Shown piece by piece: positions 1 to 10,800 of a stretch of 64,000 nt of DNA (the stretch's first letter is position 1; each line of letters begins with the position of its first letter). The translations under genes were made by a program, and so were the position numbers. The stretch is from assembly GCA_002269645.1 (NCBI GenBank), contig NIVC01003231.1:11407-75406 (forward strand). Direction: 5' to 3'. The stretch is from Macrostomum lignano (lineage: Eukaryota). Below the pieces are notes generated by a model. That model was not told the DNA's origin, did no database searches, and was given only the letters and a program-made list of their open reading frames with translations.

Positions 1-1128
1 GTTTTCATTGACTTCATGAAGGCATTCGACTCGGTTGCGAGGGCTGAGCTCCCACATGTGCTCCAAGCGTATCATGTACCAGAACAGCTGATCTCCGCCA
101 TAATGGCGTTGTACTGTGCTACGAGAGCAGCTGTGATGACGCCGAGCGGCCTGTCGGACTCCTTCGAGACATCCTCCGGGGTGCTCCAGGGGGACACTCT
201 AGCGCCGTTCCTGTTCGTCCTGGTGCTTGACTGGGTGCTATGAACTGCTCTTCCTACCGACGACGACGGCTTTCTGCTGCGGCGACGCGTGGCTCGACGT
301 CAACCGGAAAAACGGCTCAGCGTGCTTGGCTACGCCGATGACCTCGCCCTGCTGTCCTCGACCGTAGAGGGCGCCCAGCGCCAGCTGGACAAGCTGGTTA
401 GCGCTGCAGCGAGCGTCGGCCTGGTGGTCAACACGAAGAAGACCGTTGTGGTCTGCGTGCCGGGCGACATCGAGGCCGCAATTTTCTGCCGAGGCGCTGG
501 CGGGCAGGTAACGGAGCTTCCGCGCTGTCAGCAGTTGTCTACCTCGGCGGTCTGGTACCTGACATCCGCGAAGATCTGCGGCGTCGCCGCGGGCTCGCTT
601 GGGCTGCCTTTCGCTCTGTGAGGGCGGTCCTGCAGTCCGAGACCCTACCTGACCGCCAGAGGGCGGCGCTGTTCCAGGCAGTGGTCGAGACCGTCCTGTT
701 GTACAACGCCGAGACCTGGACGCTGACGGATTCGCTCGAACAGCAAGTCAATGCGGCGCACGCTCGCCTGCTGCGCGCCGCCTTTAAGATCAGCGACGAG
801 CGGATCACTAACGCGGCAGTCTATCGCCGCCCCGGCCTGGCCCGTCCAAGTGAACTGCTGCGACTTCGGCGACTCCAGCTGGCAGGCCACATCATCCGCG
901 CCGAGTCCTACTGCCCGCAGCCGGTGCAGGAGGTGCTGCTGCTAACGCTGCAGGCACCCTACCGGCGCGGCCAGGCCCGAACTCGGCGTTTCGTCGACTG
1001 CCTGCTGGCCGACGCTGGCACCCCGGACTCTGCCGGCGGTGCGGCCTTTGTTCGCGCCCAGGCTCTGAAGCGTGCCCTGTGACGCAGCTTTTTTCCACCT
1101 GACAGCGTACTGTGTTTTTGTTGTTGTT
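1..1128 (+). mobile_element. 3' part of a non-LTR retrotransposon (RTE-like), reverse transcriptase and C-terminal region; disrupted
   Basis: RT motifs KAFDSV, GVLQGDTLAPFLF and YADD, then VLLYNAETWTLT...RRLQLAGH typical of RTE-like ORF2. In-frame TGA at 241-243 and a 1-bp deletion at about 535 (CAGTTGTCTAC, where QFVYLGG needs TTT). Stop at 1082, then a (TTG)n tail at about 1115-1128. Lies antisense within an intron of the ROS-like gene. Confidence 0.88.
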
Positions 1129-1170
1129 GTATAACTAGTTTGATTCCAAACAAAGCTCCAAGAACCAAAC

Positions 1171-1855
1171 ACCTTTCCGAATTTTAGAGATGCAAAAACG
1201 CATAGTTGAGGATGTCACATTTAATGCTTGACCACTCACATTCGACATTGCCCGACTGTAGATAGACTCTCTGGCCGCTTGATCAGCTGGCGACGTGTAC
1301 AAGTGACGCCCAATGGCGTAAAATATCCTGGCGTGATGCCGCTTCACAGTGAAGGCTGTTACGTCCGACTGTCTGACCGGCGTCGCTGACCCAGCCACGT
1401 AGGTCAGATCGCGCTGCACACCGCTTGAGTCGCCAGGCTTGTCTGAGCTCACCTTGAGACTGTCCGTTTTGTCGAATTGGCCACCGTCGGAGCATGCGGT
1501 CAGCTGCTGCTCGCTGCTTTCATCGCTGGCCGCACAGCCGCGGGAGTTGCAGGCCAAGACGCTGAAGCAAGCAACTTGGTTCGCGGAGTCCAGCGCGGTG
1601 CCGAAGCAGGTACGCTGCCGACCAACCCGGTGCTTGGACCAGCGCTGGCCGAATTCGGGCGACGAGCTGGTGACCCGCAGCGTCACGCGGTACTCTTGCA
1701 CAGGGTGGGCCCTGGAATTGGCTCTGTCGGGCGGGCTCCAGCACATCTGGACGTCTAAGGCGTCATTATTTCCAGGCTTCTCGTGGCGATACACAGTCAG
1801 GTTGACTGGACGCTTGGGAACTGCCAATGCGGGTTTTGAGTTGGGAGAAATCATC
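1171..1855 (-). CDS. ROS-like exon: FN3 domain and start of a propeller repeat
   Basis: PKRPVNLTV..VQMCWSPP..VQEYRVTL..FSVLACNSRG in ORF 1135-1869; boundaries approximate. Confidence 0.7.
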
Positions 1856-4800
1856 TCAGGAAGAGTCATGCGAAGCTAGTTGTCAACTGCTTTCAAAATT
1901 AATCGCTTAGGAATATGCGGATCAAGTTTTACATTGGTTGTAAATTTGATCGAGAGTTTTAAAACAAGCCATGCTTCAAGTAACGATCGCTTGGGCAAAA
2001 ATTTAGTTTTATAACTGAATCCATGGCTTGTGAAGTACAATAGAGTGTACATGGTACAGTAAAATTATACGGTCCTTGGTTGCCTACGTCAGGACAAGAG
2101 TGCACAGTTTCCCGGAATCTGGGGTGTCAGGACGCTCCTGCATAACTGGTGCCCGTTTCGGGACGACGGGACACCAACAACCAGCAGCTAGGCGTCAGGA
2201 CGCACAGGCTGGCATACAATAGAACACGTGCAGTATGACTGCGTAGCCCAATCTAAGACGGTGTCAGGACACACGAACCCTTAGCTGTATCCCTTGGCAA
2301 CCAAACGAAGACAGAGGCCGGAGATGGGACAAGCAAACGAGTACAACTCTTTGTAGGCTTTTTTTCTGACTTTTCAATTTGCCCGGCAGTATGGGCGTGG
2401 GTCTTAGTGGGTCAGTAGAACGGTGACTAAAAGCCAGACTAAGTACGTAGAGGCCCAGACCCAGCGACTACTAAATAATTGTCGCCTACTGGGGGAAAGG
2501 CTGCAAGCCGGAGCCCACCGCCCCATCGCAATCCCTCCGATCGTCCTTACCCCACGCCAGCCAATCGCATCGCGGGAGAGAGAGAGAAACTGAGCCAAGC
2601 TGCCCAGCTCAGCCTGAATCATGCGGCGGGAAGGTGTGCCCATGAACCGCAGAAACGCAGCAACAAGTTTGATTACATATCTAGACCCTCAGCTTGCGCT
2701 GTGATTTAGCAACCCTCACCTGCGATGGGAGCTAAGATTGTGACATTCAACGGCTGGACACTGCTTGCCCAGGCTGTCAGCGGCGTGATCTCCAAGCGAA
2801 CCAAGGCCAGTGGCGGCACGTTCGGCAGGCGGAGCCAGCTTCGGTCGAGGAGGCTCACGGACCGGTTCTTGCCGTCGGTCTCCTGGCTCACCAGGTACCG
2901 AGTTAGGCCAGGCGGCGATGATTCCGGCCACTCGACTAGCAGCTCGCCGTCCGATACCGAATCGAATCGATACGTCAGCAGGGAAGCGTTCACGGGAGTT
3001 GGAATCACCGACAGGTTGCGGCTGGACAGCTCGCTCAGAAAGTCTAGAGTGGCACAATTAGCGAGAGATAGCTGGCTTGACCATATCGATTAAACTGACC
3101 TCTTGAATTCCACTTAGCGCTTTAAATTGCCACTCACCCGTATCTTCGTCTCTAACAACAGCAAACGGAAGAAGTTCCGACCGCGACACTAGTAGGAACG
3201 AGTCGTTAAAGAATCTTTCAGGTCCACCAAGCGACATAACACTGATTCCTCCTTGATGACTCCAGAGCACCTTGTTACCAAGCACCTGAAGCTGGGAGTA
3301 CTGGCTGAATGGTCGCAGCGTGGCTACGAAAGTTGACCCACTAGCTGAGCAGTTCGCGTCACCGAAGGCGGAATGAACGGTGAGCAGGGCGGAGAACAGC
3401 GCCGCCGAATTATCGCTGCTGAAGACCGCGTAGAAAACCCGATGCTGACTCTGCATCTGTCGAACTCCGGAGAAAGCCAGGTACAGTGCCGACCGTGCGC
3501 TAGCCGACTCTTCCACGTAGACGGCACTGATGAAGGCTGAAACTAGTTGTTGCTGCTGAGGCAGTTCAAGAAGGAGGCGCTTTGCACCGCCGCTGAGGCT
3601 TCCAGCCCATAGCTGGCTGGTGGTGCTCCAAAGCAGCAGTGCGCGCGAAGTCAGCAGGGTGAAATGAGTGGCCGCGGTCCTATGAAGCAGCCTCCTACTG
3701 CCGGCTGGCTGAGAGCGGTAGATCTGCGCAGGAAGGAAGGGATCTCAGTCAGCGATATGAAATCAATTTTCATATCAACCAAGCGGTTTGACCTTACCGA
3801 GGCGTCATCGCCGATCCACAGCAGACTGCCGCTCAGCCACTCAAACTCAACGTGCCTGACGCTGACGCTCCAGGCTCGGCGGCTGCGCCACTTGCAACTG
3901 CCGGTGTACTCGACATCAACCCGCATCCAGTCTCCTGCCTCGAAGCCGATCCAGACCCGGTTAGCGCCCATCGCACTCATGTCTGAGGATGACGAGTGTT
4001 CAGTTTATATATTTTCCCCGATCCTCGAAAATCCCGGCACGGACAGCTCAACTCTTAGTATAACAATAATAAATAATAATTGCTTACACCTGTCCTAATG
4101 GGCAGATGTGCAACCGACAGCTCAGCCGCAGCTATTGCGTGATGCATCTGAAGGCTGCGTACCGCTGCTCAGTCCAAGGACTGGGGGTCGCCACACACAC
4201 CCTCAATTACCCCAGCTAATCCTGGCACCCATTTTACAACTGGGTGAACTGAAGCAATGCAGAGTTAAGTGTCTTGCTCAAGGACACAATTTTTTTCGAG
4301 TGGGGGTCGAGAATCGAGCCCCCGACCTTTCAGTCGCGAGTCCGACGCTCTGACCACAAGGCTACAACCAGCCACGATCCTCACTCGTACTAGAAGGCTG
4401 CTACACCCGCAAGTTGTTCCGAGTTCGTTGGGAGGCCGGTGCTGGCTGCAAAATGCATTAGCGAAATAGAAATTTTACAGGTTTTATCGCTAAAATCCAA
4501 ACATCTGGTCTTCTGGACATCAGAATGGCAAATGTAGCAAACAGCCGAGGTCCGAGGTGCAATCGACTTGTTTTGACTTGCTTGACAAGAAAATATGTTT
4601 TTTCCTATCGCTGAAAAGGGTTTCGCCACAGCCGAATTTGATCGATAAAAGTAAAGTCGCCCAGAAGAAGCACACGCACACACTAGGCAACACCAGAAAC
4701 TTGCTTTAACTACGGGCATCCTCTAGCGCCGGTGTCCAGTTGAATTTCGGAAATTCGGACGGAATTTGTGAACCTGTGAACCAATCTCGCAAACTTAATG

Positions 4801-7800
4801 CCAAAAATATGTTCATTTCGCTAATGCATTTTATGACAAACACCCGGTCTTTTCTTTTTGAGCTGTACAAGATTCCCATTGAAAATTTTAATTCCCCAAA
4901 ACAGATCTCGCGCTTGTGCAATGGAAATCTTACAAGCCGGATAATGTCCGTGCCAGCTGCTCTCCGGACAGACGGCCGCTCGGGGCTCCGCCATCGAAGT
5001 CTCGTTGAACTCCAGTCGTTGAAGTTGATACTTGAAGCCACCAGCAGTGCTGGTCATTGCAAACAGTCGAAGCGAGCGGCCGGTGCCGTTGGGATTTCGC
5101 TGCTGTCGGGCGCAGACAACAGGCCGGCTCCACAGGGCTTCGGTGCCGTTCGGTGGCGGCAGAGGTGGCCTGTCGTAGAAGACCGCAGCTGACACAGTCG
5201 CAGTGGCAGTTGGCGGAGGCAGGTTGACGAACTGACCGATGTCGGGCGAGGATACAGCAGCCGGCGGCAGCACCGGTTGATGGAGTGTAGTTGGTGAGTC
5301 TGAGGTCCAGACAGCTGTACGCCATCGATGGAATGCGGAAGCACCTGGGCAAGATTGTGGTTAATTAATTTCATTTACAGCCAGAGCCACTCCATACCAT
5401 TGGTTATCTCCCTTCCAACAGTCAGAGACACTCCATACCATTGGTTATCTCTCTTCCAACAGCCAGAGACACTCCATACCATTGGTTATCTCGCTTCCAA
5501 CAGTCAGAGACACTCCATACCATTGGTTATCTCTCTTCCAACAGTCAGAGCCACTCCATACCATTGGTTATCTCGCTTCCAACAGCCAGAGACACTCCAT
5601 ACCATTGGTTATCTCTCTTCCAACAGCCAGAGACACTCCATACCATTGGTTATCTCTCTTCCAACAGCCAGAGACACTCCATACCATTGGATATCTCTCT
5701 TCCAACAGCCAGAGACACTCCATACCATTGGTTATCTCTCTTCCAACAGTCAGAGACACTCCATACCATTGGTTATCTCGCTTCCAACAGCCAGAGACAC
5801 TCCATACCATTGGTTATCTCGCTTCCAACAGCCAGAGACACTCCATACCATTGGTTATCTCGCTTCCAACAGCCAGAGACACTCCATACCATTGGTTATC
5901 TCTCTTCCAACAGCCAGAGACACTCCATACCATTGGTTATCTCGCTTCCAACAGCCAGAGCCACTCCATACCATTGGTTATCTCGCTTCCAACAGCCAGA
6001 GACACTCCATACCATTGGTTATCTCGCTTCCAACAGCCAGAGACACTCCATACCATTGGTTATCTCGCTTCCAACAGCCAGAGACACTCCATACCATTGG
6101 TTATCTCGCTTCCAACAGCCAGAGACACTCCATACCATTGGTTATCTCGCTTCCAACAGCCAGAGACACTCCATACCATTGGTTATCTCTCTTCCAACAG
6201 CCAGAGACACTCCATACCATTGGTTATCTCTCTTCCAACAGTCAGAGACACTCCATACCATTGGTTATCTCTCTTCCAACAGTCAGAGACACTCCATACC
6301 ATTGGTTATCTCTCTTCCAACAGCCAGAGACACTCCATACCATTGGTTATCTCTCTTCCAACAGTCAGAGACACTCCATACCATTGGTTATCTCTCTTCC
6401 AACAGCCAGAGACACTCCATACCATTGGTTATCTCTCTTCCAACAGTCAGAGACACTCCATACCATTGGTTATCTCGCTTCCAACAGTCAGAGACACTCC
6501 ATACCATTGGTTATCTCGCTTCCAACAGTCAGAGACACTCCATACCATTGGTTATCTCGCTTCCAACAGTCAGAGCCACTCCATACCATTTGTTATCTCG
6601 CTTCCAACAGTCAGAGCCACTCCATACCATTGGTTATCTCGCTTCCAACAGCCAGAGCCACTCCATACCATTGGTTATCTCGCTTCCAACAGCCAGAGCC
6701 ACTCCATACCATTGGTTATCTCGCTTCCAACAGCCAGAGACACTCCATACCATTGGTTATCTCGCTTTCAACAGTCAGAGCCACTCCATACCATTGGTTA
6801 TCTCGCTTCCAACAGTCAGAGCCACTCCATACCATTGGTTATCTCGCTTCCAACAGCCAGAGACACTCCATACCATTGGTTATCTCTCTTCCAACAGCCA
6901 GAGACACTCCATACCATTGGTTATCTCTCTTCCAACAGCCAGAGACACTCCATACCATTGGTTATCTCTCTTCCAACAGCCAGAGACACTCCATACCATT
7001 GGTTATCTCTCTTCCAACAGCCAGAGACACTCCATACCATTGGTTATCTCTCTTCCAACAGTCAGAGCCACTCCATACCATTGGTTATCTCCCTTCCAAC
7101 AGTCAGAGACACTCCATACCATTGGTTATCTCTCTTCCAACAGCCAGAGACACTCCATACCATTGGTTATCTCTCTTCCAACAGTCAGAGACACTCCATA
7201 CCATTGGTTATCTCTCTTCCAACAGTCAGAGACACTCCATACCATTGGTTATCTCTCTTCCAACAGTCAGAGCCACTCCATACCATTGGTTATCTCGCTT
7301 CCAACAGCCAGAGACACTCCATACCATTGGTTATCTCGCTTCCAACAGCCAGAGCCACTCCATACCATTGGTTATCTCGCTTCCAACAGTCAGAGACACT
7401 CCATACCATTGGTTATCTCGCTTCCAACAGTCAGAGCCACTCCATACCATTGGTTATCTCGCTTCCAACAGCCAGAGCCACTCCATACCATTGGTTATCT
7501 CGCTTCCAACAGTCAGAGCCACTCCATACCATTGGTTATCTCGCTTCCAATAGTTTATCTTGATATTTTCCCCACCCAAAGCTTCGTGTCTCATGCTCAT
7601 TCCTTGTTCCAAAGTACCCCTGCCGCTCACTCTGCTCTCCCTGAGGTCCGGGCAGTCTGACACGAGCGAACGCGCCGCCAATACCACAGAAAACCTCCAG
7701 CTCCGGTGCCATCAGCGGTGCCGGCTTCGGCTGGCAGGCCGGCTCGACGCATTCCAGCTCGCGAATGCTGCCGGATCGCTGACGCAGTCGAACTCGGTCG

Positions 7801-10800
7801 GCGTCAACCTTGGTTGAATATTTGTTTCAGTCATACTTTTCTTTTCTACTCTATGATAGTTTTATTTGTCACACGTCAGCACTGGTGGGAGGCTGTAACA
7901 TCCCAAAGACACCCAGATTTTGCGCTCAGCCACATTAATTTAGGGCTCATGTTTGAGACTTGTCGGACGATTCCCGCCCATGAGGGCCAATCCACATGAT
8001 GCAGAGTGAGTTGCTTGCCCGAAGATTATGAAAGCCAGGGGCCGCCGTACACCAAATGTGAGCGTGCGTCATCGACGGAGTGTGATTTGATATCGAAAAT
8101 TTTTTGCTTTCACTTTGAAGCTAAACTACGCTTGATTTTGCTCATACTACTTGAAGTAATCAGTATTTTTAAGCACGGGGCGCAAACTAAAAGCAGAAAA
8201 CGTCGCAGCAAATTTCTGACCATCGAGCCGTCCGTCCACACCAGCCGGCCATTCGGAAGTCGAAGCAGCCGAATAATCGGCTGGGATGTCGACGCTCCAT
8301 CGACTGTCGACTCCGAAGTGACGCCGCGGCCGCTCAAGTCGCTGCTCAGCACAGAACTTGAGTTGGCCTCCGTGATCAGCAGCAGCCGCTGACTGGCTGG
8401 CAGAACTCGAAACGATGACAGCGGAGCTGATGCTGTCGTTGAGAAAAGAAATTGAGGAAATGTCGGATGTGACTCTGCATTTGGGTGAGTGTCTCCTGTG
8501 TCTAACAGGTGATTAAGGTGAGCGACTCCGTTGTCTAACAGGTAATTAAGGTGAGCGTCTCCCGCGTGTAACATGTGATTAAGATGAGCGTCTCCCGTGT
8601 CTAACAAGTAATTAATGTGAGCGAGTCCCGTGTCTAACAGGTAAGTAAGGTGAGCGAGTCCCGTGTCTAACAGGTAAGTAAGGTGAGCGAGTCCCGTGTC
8701 TAACAGGTGATTAAGATGAGCGAGTCCCGTGTTTAACAGTTGATTAAGGTGAGCGAGTCCCGTGTCTAACAAGTGATTAAGCTGCGTGTCTCCCGTGTCA
8801 GAATTTTATAAGCCGTACCTTCAGAAGCCGCGGGCACCCGAGTCCAGTTGAGCTGGAGGCCTCCTCGAGGAAGGTCGCTGCGATAAAGATTTCCGTCTTG
8901 CAAAAGAAACAGGTACCTGAAAACCGGCAAGGTGAAGCGAGCGAATGCAACACTGCATCCTGTGAGCACTAAGCTGAGCACACACTGCATCCTGTGAGCA
9001 CTAAGCTGAACACACACTGCATCCTGTGAGCACTAAGCTGAGCACATACTGCATCCTGTGAGCACTAAGCTGAGCACAGACTTACCCATTGACGGGGTCT
9101 ACCTGCATCTGCACCTGGCCAGCCCTCAGCCGGTCCCGGCTACCGGGCGAGTCGCCAATTTTTTTCGGCTCCTCGGCGGCGACTTTGCTGTACCAGTCCG
9201 ACGCTAGCAGGATGTCCTGCGTCGAAGCGGGTTGGGGGTTGGGGATGCGGCTGGCTTGTGAGAATCTGGGATAATGGACATAGTAACTGGGTGTCCCAGC
9301 GGTGTCAGGAAGACATTTCACAATGAGATAGTTAGAAATTAATTTTTTTAGGATCAAAGGTGAAGATACTTAAAATTCTCAGTAAGAGAGGGATCGGAAT
9401 TAAAATTTTTAGGGATTTTAGAGTAATAGTCAGGAAGAAGTCAGGAAGAAAGGTGTCAGTATAAGTGATGTCAGGATGAGAGTTGTCAGGATGAGAGTTG
9501 TCAGGATGAGAGTTGTCAGGATGAGAGTTGTCAGGATGAGAGTTGTCAGGATGAGAGTTGTCAGGATGAGAGTTGTCAGGATGAGAGTTGTCAGGATGAG
9601 AGTTGTCAGGATGAGAGTTGTCAGGATGAGAGTTGTCAGGATGAGAGTTGTCAGGATGAGAGTTGTCAGGATGAGAGTTGTCAGGATGATAGAGTTCTGA
9701 CATCAGCTAGAAAGTTCTGACAATCATGGAGAGTATGGTAGAGCTCTGACTCACCCCAGGCTTCGTCAGGATGTAAACGTGTTGAGCCACCCAGTCCACG
9801 GCCAGTTTCAGCACCTTTTGTCGAACTCGAGGCAGCTCAATGGAGTCATCTGACTCAGATCTAGCGGTGGTCAGGTTGAGCCGGGTCAGGCTGCCCAGGT
9901 GGTCAACGGAGAACAGCAGCTGCTGCCGAGCGTCCACTGCGAATGCTGCGGTTTTGAATTGCTTTGGACAGTGATTTATGACTGATTGATCCTGGTTTAT
10001 GACTGATTGATCCTGGTTTATGACTGATTGATCCTGGTTTATGACTGATGGATCCTGGTTTATGACTGATTGATCCTGGTTTATGACTGATTGATCCTGG
10101 TTTATGACTGATTGATCCTGGTTTATGACTGATTGATCCTGGTTTATGACTGATTGATCCTGGTTTATGACTGACAGATTGATTTGTGATTCAGAAGTTA
10201 TGGTTTTTGATGTGATTGATTACTTAAAGCAGTATTTTTAGTCAAAGCACAAAAGGAAACGAGAACTAAGAAGTTAAGCAGAGTTGATTTCGGTTAGTAC
10301 GCAGCTGAATAGACCGCTTGCGTCATCCTTTTGAGGCCACAGCAAGCTTTATCGAGCGGTTAATGACGTCAGCAAATGAAACGTCAGGCCAGCAGTCGAG
10401 CATTCTCAGTTAAAAAAAATTTACCTCTTGGGCGGCGCCTACCGCGAAAGATGAGGACCAGCTCTGGGTGACGGAGTTTTTCATTTTACCCACTGTTCGA
10501 AACTTGCTGAGGAAAGGTAGCTATCTTTGGTTGGATTTGGGGATATGGGGAGTTGAGGATTTGGACATTTGAAGATTTGGGGATTTGGGGATTTGGGTAT
10601 TTGATGATTTGGGCATTTGAGGATTTAGGGATTTTAAGATTTAAGGATTTTGGGATTTGGAGGTTCGAGGATTTAGGCATTTCAGGATTTCAGGATTTGA
10701 GGATTTGAGGATTTTGGGATTTGAGGATTTCGGGATTTGAGGATTTGGGGATTTGTGGATTTGGAGCTTTGGGGATTTGGGGATTTGAGGATTTGAGCAT

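Noticed and set aside
3527-3545. Hammerhead core CTGATGA...GAAA
   Set aside because: Only 5 nt lie between the core halves, so there is no stem II. It is antisense to coding sequence, so coincidental.
5328-7660. Three 690-740 aa ORFs in all plus-strand frames
   Set aside because: The 41-bp unit has no plus-strand stop and 41 is not a multiple of 3, so all frames give the same 41-aa repeat. It lies antisense in an intron and has no coding signature.
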